A stretch of 64,000 nt of DNA from Bacteroidota bacterium. GTDB taxonomy: Bacteria > Bacteroidota > Bacteroidia > NS11-12g > UBA955. The position numbers and the translations under genes were made by a program. Under the pieces are notes generated by a model. The model made no database searches, was not told the DNA's origin, and worked only from the letters and a program-made list of their open reading frames with translations. The stretch lies in contig JABMMZ010000041.1 in assembly GCA_013205405.1 (NCBI GenBank), positions 9,718 to 73,717 of the forward strand, read 5' to 3'. Numbering within the stretch: the first letter of the stretch is position 1; the number at the start of each line of letters is the position of its first letter. This document shows positions 1 through 10,666 of the stretch, piece after piece.

Positions 1-273
1 TTTAAACATAACGGTAAAATAGTAGGCTATAATTTAGATTATACAAGACGAGTAACACCTATATTTACTCAAGCATTCTCTATATTTGATGCTACTTTAA
101 ATCATAGTTTTTTACAAAAAAAATTAAATTTAACCGTAGGATGTAAAAATATTCTGAATGTTCAATCTATAAGAGCTTCAGGGACTTCAAATTCTTTTCA
201 CAATGGAGGAAGCACTTCTATGCCAATATCTATTGGGCGTTCTCTCTTTATCCAACTTAATGTAAATATCTAA
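1..273 (+). CDS. TonB-dependent outer-membrane receptor, C-terminal fragment (5' end lies outside the window)
   Basis: Frame 1 is open from base 1 to TAA at 271-273. The translation ends ...MPISIGRSLFIQLNVNI, a beta-barrel-like C-terminal strand. An HmuY-like lipoprotein gene starts 4 nt downstream, the usual receptor/accessory pairing. Confidence 0.55.
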   Translation, partial: FKHNGKIVGYNLDYTRRVTPIFTQAFSIFDATLNHSFLQKKLNLTVGCKNILNVQSIRASGTSNSFHNGGSTSMPISIGRSLFIQLNVNI

Positions 274-277
274 CTCA

Positions 278-1306
278 GTGAAAAATCTTGTTTTAGTATT
301 GTTAATTTTTGTAAGCTTAACGGCTTGTTTTAAAAAAGAAGACGCCATAGATTTACCATCAGGAAATACCATAATCACCTCATGTTTTTTGGGTAATAAT
401 TATGAAAAGCAAATGTATTTTGATTTAAGTACCAATACATTTCAAGAGCATCAATTAGCAGATTGGGATTTAAGTTTTCAATCTACAAAATTTGGGTTTG
501 GAATTTTTAGAAACAGTGGATACAATATTAATGTAAGAAAGATAAATATATTTAATTTGGATGAACCCAAAGCCAATGATACAAATTATATATTGCAACA
601 AAAATTATTCAATGATGATCCGAATGGTAAGATTGAAAGCTCAGCCTTTGGCGATTGGAGAAATTATTTTATAAAACATCAAACTACAGGAGTTGTAACA
701 ACTGGTATATATGTTATAGAGTTAAGTTATTTATCTGGCATGGATAGATTTAGAAAAATGCAAATTCTAGGATACAATGACAGTGTATATGCTATTAGAA
801 TTACTAAATTAAATGAAACAAACGCACCATTAATAGAAATAAGAAAAGACTATAACCAAAATTTCACCTATTACTCTTTTAAAAATAATGGTTCAATAAT
901 TCAAAATGCAGAACCTAATAAAAACTCTTGGGATTTTTTAATTACCCAATATAGATATACGTTCTATAAAAATACGCCTGCAGAATTGCCAAATTATCCA
1001 GTTAGGGGTGTTTTAAATAATCCTAATAATATAGAGGTATATAGAGATTCTGCTGTAACAGAGTTTGATAGTATTAGCAGTAATTTTATTCAAAATCGTT
1101 TATTTTCTAAAAATAGAGATGCTATTGGATTTGACTGGAAAGATATTGACTATAGCAGCGGTGCCAACTTATACAAAGTAAATTCTAAAATAACTTATAT
1201 TGTTAAAGATACAGATGGCTATTATTATAAATTAAGATTTTTAGATTTTTATAATGATAACCGTCAAAAAGGATATCCTAAATTTGAATATATTAGAATA
1301 AAATAA
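278..1306 (+). CDS. HmuY-like lipoprotein (accessory protein of the TonB-dependent receptor)
   Basis: GTG start. Lipoprotein signal LVLLIFVSLTAC. DWDLSF motif and C-terminal TYIVKDTDGYYYKLRFLDFY block resemble the HmuY family. Sits directly after the receptor gene. Confidence 0.5.
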   Translation: MKNLVLVLLIFVSLTACFKKEDAIDLPSGNTIITSCFLGNNYEKQMYFDLSTNTFQEHQLADWDLSFQSTKFGFGIFRNSGYNINVRKINIFNLDEPKANDTNYILQQKLFNDDPNGKIESSAFGDWRNYFIKHQTTGVVTTGIYVIELSYLSGMDRFRKMQILGYNDSVYAIRITKLNETNAPLIEIRKDYNQNFTYYSFKNNGSIIQNAEPNKNSWDFLITQYRYTFYKNTPAELPNYPVRGVLNNPNNIEVYRDSAVTEFDSISSNFIQNRLFSKNRDAIGFDWKDIDYSSGANLYKVNSKITYIVKDTDGYYYKLRFLDFYNDNRQKGYPKFEYIRIK

Positions 1307-1356
1307 GCAAATAAAAAGCTTAAAATATTCAATTTCTATTTACCCTTTGTTTTTTG

Positions 1357-1364
1357 TAGCTTTG
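1357..1364 (+). promoter_or_regulatory. Bacteroidota -7 promoter box (TAGCTTTG) upstream of sucB
   Basis: Matches the TAnnTTTG consensus, 17 nt upstream of the ATG at 1382. Confidence 0.45.
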
Positions 1365-1381
1365 CGGCACTATTTCAAATT

Positions 1382-2656
1382 ATGGCTATAGAAATTAAAG
1401 TGCCCAGCCCAGGCGAAAGTATTAGCGAAGTAACCGTTAGTAAATGGTTAAAACAAGTAGGCGATTACGTAAAATTAGATGAACCTTTAGTAGAACTAGA
1501 GAGTGAAAAAGCAACTTTTGAAGTGAATGCAGAAGTAGCAGGTATAATTACAAAACAATTAGCAAAAGATGGTGATGAGATAAAAGTAGGAAGTGTTATA
1601 GTAGAAATAGATAATACAGCAGATGCACCAGCAGAAGCGCCTAAGGCAGAGACTGCAAAAGCAGAAATAAAAGCTGCAACACCTGCCGCCAAAGAAGCTG
1701 CACCTAAAGCTGCTGAACCCATTACAAAACCAGTAACACAAAGTATTGAGAGTGATGTGCACATAGCACCCTTAGCCAAAGAATTAATGCTTGAACATGG
1801 CCTAAAACCTGCTGAAGTAAATGGCACTGGTCCTAATGGTAGAATTACCCGTACCGATGTATTAGAAGCCATTGTAGCCAATGGTGGAAGTAAAACAGCT
1901 ACTAATAGATATAGCAATGCAAGTGGCGAGCGTAATACAAGAGTGGAGAAAATGACCAACTTACGTAAAACAGTAGCCAAACGATTAGTGGCTGCAAAAA
2001 ATGAAACGGCTATGTTAACTACGTTTAATGAAGTTAATATGAAACCTATAATGGATTTGCGCAACAAGTATAAAACCGCATTTTTAGAGAAGCATGAAAT
2101 AAGTTTAGGCTTTATGAGTTTCTTTACCCGTGCATGTTGTATAGCTTTACAAGATTGGCCAGCAGTAAATGCTTTTATAGATGGCGATAGTATACAATAT
2201 AATGATTATTGCGATATTTCAATTGCAGTATCAGGGCCTAGAGGATTGGTAGTACCAGTTATTCGCAGTGCAGAAACTTTAAGCTTAGCCGATATAGAAA
2301 AAGAAGTAAAACGCTTAGCCCTAAAGGCACGTGATAACAAATTAAGTATGGAAGAAATGAGTGGTGGTACTTTTACCATTACAAATGGCGGTGTTTTTGG
2401 TAGTATGATGAGCACACCCATAGTAAATCCACCGCAATCGGCTATTTTGGGTATGCATAATATTATAGAACGCCCTATTGCCGAAAATGGACAATTAGTA
2501 ATACGCCCCATGATGTATGTAGCCTTAAGCTATGACCATAGAATAATAGATGGAAAAGAGAGTGTAAGTTTCTTAGTACGCGTTAAAACCTTGCTAGAAA
2601 ATCCAGAAATGTTGTTTGATGGCAAACTACCAACTGAAAAGGTATTGGGCTTGTAG
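1382..2656 (+). CDS. sucB: Dihydrolipoyllysine-residue succinyltransferase, E2 component of 2-oxoglutarate dehydrogenase
   Basis: N-terminal lipoyl domain ([11 protein letters not shown]), Ala/Pro-rich linker, E3-binding region, and catalytic domain with [11 protein letters not shown]. Confidence 0.93.
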   Translation: MAIEIKVPSPGESISEVTVSKWLKQVGDYVKLDEPLVELESEKATFEVNAEVAGIITKQLAKDGDEIKVGSVIVEIDNTADAPAEAPKAETAKAEIKAATPAAKEAAPKAAEPITKPVTQSIESDVHIAPLAKELMLEHGLKPAEVNGTGPNGRITRTDVLEAIVANGGSKTATNRYSNASGERNTRVEKMTNLRKTVAKRLVAAKNETAMLTTFNEVNMKPIMDLRNKYKTAFLEKHEISLGFMSFFTRACCIALQDWPAVNAFIDGDSIQYNDYCDISIAVSGPRGLVVPVIRSAETLSLADIEKEVKRLALKARDNKLSMEEMSGGTFTITNGGVFGSMMSTPIVNPPQSAILGMHNIIERPIAENGQLVIRPMMYVALSYDHRIIDGKESVSFLVRVKTLLENPEMLFDGKLPTEKVLGL

Positions 2657-2733
2657 TATTTAAATTAAGTATTTAATTACATAATGTATTAATCAATAAA
2701 AAAAATATTGAAATACCACTAATTAAATTAATT

Positions 2734-3325
2734 TTGTTGGATATTTTAAGAAAAATGGCAGACGCACAAACATTAAAGGATTTAGTTAGTAATTCATTCA
2801 ATTTTACAGGAACAAATATAGTATTAGACTCCGCCAAATTAGGCGAAGAAATATTAGCAGATAGTTTAGTAAAAATCCCTTTAAAAGCATTTAATAGACA
2901 TGGTTTAATAGCTGCTGCCACTGTTACAGGTAAAACAAAAACACTGCAAAATATAGCAGAAAAACTCTCGACTAATGGTGTACCTACTTTGCTAATGGAT
3001 ATTAAAGGCGATTTAAGCGGAATTTTGCAAGCAGGTACTACAAATCCTAAAATAGAAGAACGCCATCAAAAAGTAGGTTTATAATGGAAAGCACTTTTGA
3101 AATATTATCTAAAAAAATAGAAGCACATGATCAAGCGCAAGTTGAAGAGGAAGAGGTCAAAAAAGAGGCTAAGGAAGAAAAGATAGCGAGAAAAAAAAAA
3201 GCGTTGTAGGAAAAGTGTTAGATAGCAGCGTAGGAAAAATTATATTGAGAGAAGTTACCCGCGGCTTATCAGGTGTATTGGGTATTAAGTCGAGTTCAAG
3301 AAGTAAAAAAAGCAGTTGGTTTTAA
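2734..3325 (+). pseudogene. Remnant of a DUF853 / HerA-like (YjgR-type) ATPase gene
   Basis: The first 116 codons match the family N-terminus (NRHGLIAAATVTGKTKT...LLMDIKGDLSGI), but the Walker A is degenerate and the ORF stops at 3084. The family C-terminal tail (SVGKIILREVTRGLSGVLGI...) survives in another frame after an A10 run at 3191-3200. Roughly 300 or more central codons are missing. Confidence 0.7.
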
Positions 3326-3340
3326 AACAAACTTAAATTA

Positions 3341-3793
3341 ATGAATCTAGAATTTTTAAATAAAATAAACAACGAGTTAATAAAAGATATTAAAGCGAAA
3401 CACAATTTTGATGATGCTAAAGTATTAACTATCAGTGAAGCTGGGAAAAGCAGTATAATATCAAGTTTAAAGCAATTTGTGCTCAAAAATGGCACAAAAG
3501 ATATAGAAGAAATCTTATTAGATAAAACACATTTTGAAGGCAGCAAGATGCAATCTTTTTGTTACCAAAATTTTCATAAAGACATAGCAGAAAAAAACAT
3601 TTTGAATAAACAACAAACTGATGAGGTAGCAAGTTTTTTAATTAATCAATTAATTAGTCAATTTAAAACAGGCTTTAATGCTAGTGGAAATACAAAAGAT
3701 TTGAATGGTATTTGCCAATTTTTAAGCATAGATAAAGCCTTATTAGGCTTGGTCAATTCGCCTGTTACAAAATTTTTTGGTAATTTTTTTTAA
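3341..3793 (+). CDS. Hypothetical protein
   Basis: 150-aa ORF with an ATG start, packed tightly between neighbours. I recognise no motif. Confidence 0.5.
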   Translation: MNLEFLNKINNELIKDIKAKHNFDDAKVLTISEAGKSSIISSLKQFVLKNGTKDIEEILLDKTHFEGSKMQSFCYQNFHKDIAEKNILNKQQTDEVASFLINQLISQFKTGFNASGNTKDLNGICQFLSIDKALLGLVNSPVTKFFGNFF

Positions 3794-3799
3794 TATAGA

Positions 3800-5323
3800 A
3801 TGAATACTACTGTTCTATTAAGTTTTGTATTAGGTTACTTTATGCTATTGCTTTTAGTAGCTTATTTTACATCAAAAAAAAGCAATAATGAATCTTTTTT
3901 TATTGGGAATAGAAATAGCAATTGGATGCTGGTGGCTTTTGGCATGATAGGCACTTCCTTAAGTGGTGTAACTTTTGTAAGCGTGCCAGGTTTAGTAGGA
4001 AGTATTGGATTTCAATATTTTCAAATAGTTATAGGTTATTTTTTAGGTTATTTAGTAGTGGCCTATGCACTATTACCATTGTATTATAAGTTACAATTAA
4101 CAAGCATTTATACATATCTGAAAGAAAGAATAGGTATAAAATCGTATAAAACAGGATCTATGTTTTTTATCATCTCCAGAACATTGGGTGCTACTGCACG
4201 CTTGTATTTGGTGGTAAATATTTTGCAGCTTTTTATTTTAGATAGAATAGGCATACCTTTTTGGTTAACCACACTTATTATTCTTTCTTTAATATTATTA
4301 TATACCGTAGAAGGCGGTGTTAAAACAATTGTATATACTGATACTTTGCAAACCACCTTTATGCTTTTAGGTTTAGTAATGTGCATTATAGCCATATTAA
4401 ATAATTTGGATATTAGTTTTAGTAATTCATATGCTCAAATGAAAGACTTAAAACTTACAAGAGTGTTTAATACAGATTATAAGGCCAGTGGATTTTTTCT
4501 GAAGCAAATTATAGGTGGGGCATTTATAACTATTGCTATGACAGGGCTAGACCAAGAGATGATGCAAAAAAATATAAGCGTATCTAATTTAAAAAATTCA
4601 CAAAAGAATATGCTTACCTATAGTACTGTATTAGTGTTTATTAATTTTTTATTTTTAATGTTAGGAGGCTGTTTATTTTTATTTGCTGCACAAAATGGTA
4701 TTAGCATAACAGGCGATGATTTATTTCCAACAGTAGCTTTGGGTGGAAAATTAGTAGCAGCTATTTCAATACTTTTTATAATAGGTTTAATTTCAGCCTT
4801 ATTTCCCAGTGCAGATGGAGCCTTAACAGCTCTTACATCGGCATTTTGTATAGATATTTTAGGCATTAAAAATAATACAAACACTACTGAAAAACAACAA
4901 AAAACAAAAAGGAGATGGGTACATTTATACTTTGCTATTACCTTTTTTATATGTGTTATGGTATTTAAATGGATAGATGATAAATCTATTATTGATATAA
5001 TTTTAAAATTGGCTGGCTATACTTATGGACCCTTATTAGGGTTATTTATATATGGTATTTATACCAAACGTACCATCCTTGACAAGTTGGTGCCTATAAT
5101 ATGTATTACAGCCCCCTTAATAGTTTTAGTATTAGATATTGTAAATAATGCCGATTGGTTTATAAAAAAATTAAAACTTACAGGCAGTGTAGCCGAAAAT
5201 TTAATGACACTTTCTACTTCTGTATTTAATGGTTATAAAATAGGGGTAGAACTTTTAGTCATTAATGGCTTAGTTACATTTTTAATGCTATTCTTTTTTT
5301 CTAGGAAAGTAAGCTCTATATAA
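3800..5323 (+). CDS. Sodium:solute symporter family transporter
   Basis: 507 aa, about 13 predicted TM helices. N-terminal FFIGNRNSNW and overall architecture are typical of the SSS family. Confidence 0.8.
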   Translation: MNTTVLLSFVLGYFMLLLLVAYFTSKKSNNESFFIGNRNSNWMLVAFGMIGTSLSGVTFVSVPGLVGSIGFQYFQIVIGYFLGYLVVAYALLPLYYKLQLTSIYTYLKERIGIKSYKTGSMFFIISRTLGATARLYLVVNILQLFILDRIGIPFWLTTLIILSLILLYTVEGGVKTIVYTDTLQTTFMLLGLVMCIIAILNNLDISFSNSYAQMKDLKLTRVFNTDYKASGFFLKQIIGGAFITIAMTGLDQEMMQKNISVSNLKNSQKNMLTYSTVLVFINFLFLMLGGCLFLFAAQNGISITGDDLFPTVALGGKLVAAISILFIIGLISALFPSADGALTALTSAFCIDILGIKNNTNTTEKQQKTKRRWVHLYFAITFFICVMVFKWIDDKSIIDIILKLAGYTYGPLLGLFIYGIYTKRTILDKLVPIICITAPLIVLVLDIVNNADWFIKKLKLTGSVAENLMTLSTSVFNGYKIGVELLVINGLVTFLMLFFFSRKVSSI

Positions 5324-5455
5324 ATATTTATTACCGTTTTTATCTTTGTTTATATCGTTTTCCAAAAAAACAGCCATTTTAATTTGATAGTATGAATATA
5401 TTTAGTAAAATTTGCCTATATTACTCATAATTTAATCTAAAACTAATATCTAAGC

Positions 5456-6172
5456 ATGCACTCTCTATCTGACGAAGAAAAAATAAAAAAAGCATTTGCC
5501 AATAAGCAATGGCCCGAAATACAAAGTTCTAATAGTTGGCTTGTATTTAAGATAATGGGGGAGTTTGTAGAAGGATTTGATCGCATGGCGCAAATAGGTC
5601 CATGTGTAAGTATATTTGGAAGTGCGCGCACTAAGCCAGAGCATCCTGCCTATAAAATGGCAACAGAAATAGCTGGTAAATTAAGCAAAGCAGGCTATGG
5701 GGTAATTACAGGTGGCGGTCCAGGTATTATGGAGGCTGCTAATAAAGGAGCCAAAGAAGCGAACGGAAAATCCGTTGGTTTAAATATAAAACTACCATTC
5801 GAACAGCATGCTAATATTTATATTGATTATGATAAATTATTAGACTTTGATTACTTTTTTGTGCGCAAAGTTATGTTTATGAAATTTGCTCAGGGCTTTA
5901 TTGTAATGCCAGGAGGACTAGGAACACTAGATGAACTTTTTGAAGCCCTTACCTTATCCCAAACCAATAAATTAGCTAAGTTTCCCATAGTACTAGTAGG
6001 CTCTTATTTTTGGAATGGCTTAGTAGAATGGATAAAAGAAGCCATGCAAGCAAACGATCAATACATATCACCGGGTGATGAAAACTTATTTAAAATTGTA
6101 GATACAGCAGACGAAGCAGTAGCTGTTATTATTGATTTTTATGCCAAGTATACTATTAGTCCTAATTTTTAG
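5456..6172 (+). CDS. LOG family (TIGR00730) cytokinin riboside 5'-monophosphate phosphoribohydrolase-like protein
   Basis: Motifs ITGGGPGIMEAANKGA and PGGLGTLDELFE. Confidence 0.88.
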   Translation: MHSLSDEEKIKKAFANKQWPEIQSSNSWLVFKIMGEFVEGFDRMAQIGPCVSIFGSARTKPEHPAYKMATEIAGKLSKAGYGVITGGGPGIMEAANKGAKEANGKSVGLNIKLPFEQHANIYIDYDKLLDFDYFFVRKVMFMKFAQGFIVMPGGLGTLDELFEALTLSQTNKLAKFPIVLVGSYFWNGLVEWIKEAMQANDQYISPGDENLFKIVDTADEAVAVIIDFYAKYTISPNF

Positions 6173-6184
6173 AAATATAATATT

Positions 6185-8434
6185 ATGATAAAAAAAATAA
6201 CACCCTATGGCATAATACTTTTTATTGTTGCCTGTTCGGCACCTAAATTACATATTCCAGGGTCTTACGAAAACAGAGTTATGTTTTCTGGACAGGAAGA
6301 GGCCGCTGCAACGCAATATTCTATTAAAAATGCGGGTAAATTAGCAGAAGAACATCCTAAAGAAATCATGATTTATGATGAAATTAAAATGACGATCAAT
6401 TTTGATTTAAATGATAAGTACGACTCTAGCGAATATTATAGAATAAATGATACTTTAGCTAAAAGATATAATAGCGATGAAGATGAAAATCATGAAATAA
6501 GTGAAGAAGTTAAACTATTGACAGAGAAATTACTTCAAGAGGCTATTAAGAAAACGCCAAGTAAACTTAAAACCTATAAATCTTCTTTAGATGAATTGAC
6601 AAGTAAAGTAAAATCAGAAAGACCAATACCAGATGGTGAGGTATTTGTAAATACTAAGTTTGATTATAATTTTATTACTATAAAAGATTATGTTGAAGAG
6701 CAATTTGTAGTAGCCTATAATTCTATGTCGTCTGTTAAAGGATTTAAATTTAAAATAGATGAAAATGCAGCTGAAATAGAAAGTAGAACAGCCAATTCAG
6801 ATGGTCAAGAATACTTTAAAACAGATAGCAGATATAAAATATACGATTTAGAATTACCTATAAGAGGTACTAGTGTGAATGCAAAGTATACCGAAGATTG
6901 CAGAGACGTAAAGTTTAATAGTGTAATATATATTCCTGAAGAACATTTTACCCAAAAGAAAATAATAAAAATAGCCACGCCAGAGTGGATGGAATATGAT
7001 ATTATAGAAAAAAACTTTGAAGGCTTAGATTTTAAAAAAGAATTAGTAGAAGAAGCATTGAAAGCAGACGATGAAGAAACAACTACCACAAAAAATGGCA
7101 AAAAAGTATTAAAACGCAAAAAGAAAGATGGCAAAAAAATGAAGTATACTTTGTATACTTTCAAAAATATAAAGGCCTTTCAAAGTGAAAAAGGAGGCAG
7201 AGGCATTAGTTATAATTATCCGCATTTATATTTCCATTATAAAACAGTTACTGATGCTAAAGGCAAAAAGAATATGTTGAATAACTTAGGCGATTTATAT
7301 AAATGGTATAAATTGGTAACTGGTAATTTAAAAAACGATACGTCTGCATTTGCAGGCTTTACCAAAGACCTAGTTAAGAATGCTAAAACAGACGAAGAAA
7401 AAATAAAAACTGTATATTATTGGATACAAGATAATATTCGTTATATCGCTTTTGAAGATGGTATTGCTGGCTTTAGGCCCGATGAATGTAAAAATGTATA
7501 TGCGAATAGATATGGCGATTGTAAAGGCATGGCTAATTTATGTAGAAATATGCTGAAGGGACTAGGATATGATGCACGCATGGTTTGGATAGGTACACGC
7601 CATTTAAATTACAGCTATGATATACCAGGTTTACCGGTAGACAATCATGCTATTTGCGGGGTTAAGCTAAATGGCAAGAATTATTTTTTAGATGCAACAG
7701 AAAATTATTGCTCGCTAGGCGATTATGCCAACAGAATACAAGGCAGACAATGTATTATGGAAAATGGTGCTACTTATACATTAGAAACTATTCCAGAATT
7801 TGAACCTGAACACAATGAGGATATTACAATAGAAACTATCGAGCTGAAAGATCAAATTCTGAGTACTAAAACAAAGAAAACTTTTAAAGGAGAAAGTAAA
7901 ATTACTTTTATTCGCTCTTTCAACTATTTAAAATCGCAAAATAAGGATGAGGTTTTATATAATTATTTAACAAATGATAAGTTATATTTAGAAGCTAAAA
8001 ATATTACCAGTTCCGATTTGACAAACAGAGATAAAGACCCAGAATTGAATTATGAATTAAGTATTCAAAATCATGCTTTTAAAGCCAATGGAAAAACATA
8101 CGTTAATTTAGAATGGGAGAGAGAATTTGCAGGATATGATTTTGATAGTACTCGCACTGTTGATTTCGATTTTGCCTCAAAAATGTGTATAAAACGTACA
8201 GCAACATTGGTATTAAAAGCAGGTGAAAAGGCACTGAAATTGCCAGAAAACATTAATATTTCAAACGAATTTTATTCATTTCAATTAGAAATGAAACAAT
8301 TAGGCAGTACGGTAGTTTACAAAAAATCTTTAGTATTCAAAAAAGATTATTTACCAGCTAATAAGCTGCAGCAGTTTAATAAAGACAGTAAGAAACTTAC
8401 TACCTATTACAATACTTATATAGAAATTTTATAA
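6185..8434 (+). CDS. Transglutaminase-like cysteine peptidase family lipoprotein with a DUF3857-like N-terminal region
   Basis: Lipoprotein signal ILFIVACS. Predicted catalytic triad context: YGDCKGMANL (Cys), DNHAICGV (His), FLDATE (Asp). Confidence 0.75.
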   Translation: MIKKITPYGIILFIVACSAPKLHIPGSYENRVMFSGQEEAAATQYSIKNAGKLAEEHPKEIMIYDEIKMTINFDLNDKYDSSEYYRINDTLAKRYNSDEDENHEISEEVKLLTEKLLQEAIKKTPSKLKTYKSSLDELTSKVKSERPIPDGEVFVNTKFDYNFITIKDYVEEQFVVAYNSMSSVKGFKFKIDENAAEIESRTANSDGQEYFKTDSRYKIYDLELPIRGTSVNAKYTEDCRDVKFNSVIYIPEEHFTQKKIIKIATPEWMEYDIIEKNFEGLDFKKELVEEALKADDEETTTTKNGKKVLKRKKKDGKKMKYTLYTFKNIKAFQSEKGGRGISYNYPHLYFHYKTVTDAKGKKNMLNNLGDLYKWYKLVTGNLKNDTSAFAGFTKDLVKNAKTDEEKIKTVYYWIQDNIRYIAFEDGIAGFRPDECKNVYANRYGDCKGMANLCRNMLKGLGYDARMVWIGTRHLNYSYDIPGLPVDNHAICGVKLNGKNYFLDATENYCSLGDYANRIQGRQCIMENGATYTLETIPEFEPEHNEDITIETIELKDQILSTKTKKTFKGESKITFIRSFNYLKSQNKDEVLYNYLTNDKLYLEAKNITSSDLTNRDKDPELNYELSIQNHAFKANGKTYVNLEWEREFAGYDFDSTRTVDFDFASKMCIKRTATLVLKAGEKALKLPENINISNEFYSFQLEMKQLGSTVVYKKSLVFKKDYLPANKLQQFNKDSKKLTTYYNTYIEIL

Positions 8435-8455
8435 TCATTTCAATTCAAAAAAATT

Positions 8456-10666
8456 ATGCAGAAGCGAATTCAAATAATAGCCATTTTATTAATTTTAGTT
8501 AGTAATTTAATAGCCCAAACAGAGGCAGAAAAAAAGTATTTTGCAGGCATAGTAGTAGATACTATAAAAAATGAATCGGTAGTAATAATAAGAGATTATG
8601 AAGAGTATGAAATAGGCTCAAAACAGCCTTACGATTATAAAATTAATGTTGTATTTAGAACACAATATAAAATTAAAGATTTATCGGCTCTTAATTTGTT
8701 TAGCACCTTATACAAGAGCAAAGGCTTGAAAAAAATAAATATTACACAAATAAAACCTAATGGAAAAGTGAAAGATATTTATGATTTTGAGGATAAAGAA
8801 TACAATGAAAACAGACCAGAATATAATATAAAAATTAATGAAGGAGATGAACAAATAGCGGTAGAAAATTTAGAAATAGGTGATATTATAGATTACCGTT
8901 ACGAGTATATTTATACCACTATTAATTATGAGTATATCTATAAAAATATTTACAATGCAAATGCCCCTGACCAAGCACTTTTAAAAAATTATAATATCTT
9001 TAAGAAGCTACCATTCAAATTGAAATTTTTACAGGAAAAATATCCGTCTTTGAGTTCGCGTTATGCTATAAGTTTAACAAACGACTTAGAGCTGCTGTAT
9101 AAAAGTACAAATTGTAATTTAAAATTTGAAGAACAAAATATAGGTGGTTTTAGCGCTATGATATGCGATGTTGCCTTTATGAAAGCCTATAAAAGCGAAG
9201 ATTTTAGTTTTCCTTATGCCGATTTACCTGTTTTAAAATATGCAGTGGTAGTTAAGAATAATAAAACAAAAGGTAATTTTTATCCGTATCAATTTTTAAA
9301 TACGACCAATACTGCAAGAGACATAGCGGCTGTTGGAAGAGCCATGTATAGTGACAAACGATTTATGCCTAAATATTTTTATTATACCAATACCGCAACC
9401 AGCAAAGAGGGCTACAAGCAGGCATCTTTAAATTCTTTTTTCTCAAGTTTTATTAAAACATTTGCCAAAGACAATACAGATAAATTAGATGTACTCAATA
9501 AGTTTCATGAGTATATAATTAACAATGACGAGATTAATACATGGCAATTTAAAAATATGAATATGGCAGTATTGCTAGCTAAATTCTGTGATAAAATAAA
9601 ACAACCGTATAAAATGCTAGCATGCTATAGCAAAGACGATGGAGAATGGGAAAATGTAATACATCCTTCGGAGTTAGATTGGGGAATATATATAGATGAT
9701 GATGGAAATGATTTGTATATTCTTAGCGATAACGGTTCTGGTAATATTTATCAAAAATATGGCAGATATTTAGGAACAGAGGCTTATACTTTTGGCACCA
9801 AAGATTTATTGGCACCCGAAACCTTAAAGTATCCTGAGGTAAAGTACACGAGTAATATGCATACCATAGTAGGAGAAGTAAAGCTAATAGATGAAAAGAA
9901 AAATTTCGATTATCATTTTAACAATACTTATACATTTACAGGAACACAAATGTATAACATGAATGATTATATAGAAGGTAAATTTAGCGCAGCTTCTTTA
10001 AGTACCGAAGCACCCTTTAGAGGATTAGTAAATTTTGACAGGCTATATACCCAAGATATTTTTAAAGATACAGAAACATTTTACCCTGAGTTTAGAAGAA
10101 TAAACGCAAGTTTTGATGAACAAAGAAACGAGCGTAGAAAAAATGATATGTTGTATTTTTTGTATGATGAATACAACTTTAGTGATATAGAATTGGATAG
10201 TTTTACAATATTTAATTCTGGTGAATATGAGGATAATGAGACTTCAGACTGCGGTTTTAAAGCCGAATTTAAAGTAAAAGATGTAATTAATGAATCTGGC
10301 AACAATTTGCTTGTAATGAGCTTAGGTAAGCTAATAACTGAGCAGTTTGAAATCAGTAATTATAAGTCTAATGAAAGGCAAACTAATATAAATATTGCAA
10401 GTCAGAGACAATTTAATTGGAAATTAAATATTGAACTGCCTAAGGGTTTTAAACCTTTGAATTTAGAAGATTTTAATAAAAATTTCGACAATTTAGCTGG
10501 TTTTTTTAAATCTATTATTACACAAAAGGGCAATACTTTAACATTAGATGTTACAAAAACGTATAAGACAAATTTTTTATCAAAAGATAAATGGTTGGAA
10601 TTAAGTGATTACTTGAAACAAGCCGTTATTTTTTATGAAAAGAAATTAATTTTAGAGAAAATATAA
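8456..10666 (+). CDS. DUF3857/DUF3858-like protein, apparently a catalytically inactive paralog of the upstream transglutaminase-like gene
   Basis: Signal peptide and similar size and layout. The region that should align with the Cys motif reads NMNMAVLLAKFCDKIKQPYKMLAC, with no GDC-type nucleophile context. Confidence 0.55.
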   Translation: MQKRIQIIAILLILVSNLIAQTEAEKKYFAGIVVDTIKNESVVIIRDYEEYEIGSKQPYDYKINVVFRTQYKIKDLSALNLFSTLYKSKGLKKINITQIKPNGKVKDIYDFEDKEYNENRPEYNIKINEGDEQIAVENLEIGDIIDYRYEYIYTTINYEYIYKNIYNANAPDQALLKNYNIFKKLPFKLKFLQEKYPSLSSRYAISLTNDLELLYKSTNCNLKFEEQNIGGFSAMICDVAFMKAYKSEDFSFPYADLPVLKYAVVVKNNKTKGNFYPYQFLNTTNTARDIAAVGRAMYSDKRFMPKYFYYTNTATSKEGYKQASLNSFFSSFIKTFAKDNTDKLDVLNKFHEYIINNDEINTWQFKNMNMAVLLAKFCDKIKQPYKMLACYSKDDGEWENVIHPSELDWGIYIDDDGNDLYILSDNGSGNIYQKYGRYLGTEAYTFGTKDLLAPETLKYPEVKYTSNMHTIVGEVKLIDEKKNFDYHFNNTYTFTGTQMYNMNDYIEGKFSAASLSTEAPFRGLVNFDRLYTQDIFKDTETFYPEFRRINASFDEQRNERRKNDMLYFLYDEYNFSDIELDSFTIFNSGEYEDNETSDCGFKAEFKVKDVINESGNNLLVMSLGKLITEQFEISNYKSNERQTNINIASQRQFNWKLNIELPKGFKPLNLEDFNKNFDNLAGFFKSIITQKGNTLTLDVTKTYKTNFLSKDKWLELSDYLKQAVIFYEKKLILEKI

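Noticed and set aside
1465-2067. 200-aa ORF antisense to sucB
   Set aside because: It lies entirely within a confidently identified gene on the opposite strand. Its Ala/Ser/Leu-rich low-complexity translation mirrors the Ala/Pro-rich E2 linker. It has no start context or motif.
5456-8434. Idea that TAG is reassigned to a sense codon genome-wide (which would rescue the in-frame TAGs)
   Set aside because: The LOG gene ends in TAG at 6170-6172 and is in frame with the next gene, 12 nt later. Reading through would fuse a cytosolic enzyme to a protein that starts with its own lipoprotein signal peptide. The kinase, ferritin-like and dodecin loci also carry TAA, TGA or frameshift lesions, so decay explains the data better. 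A weaker leaky-stop hypothesis is kept as a low-interest finding.
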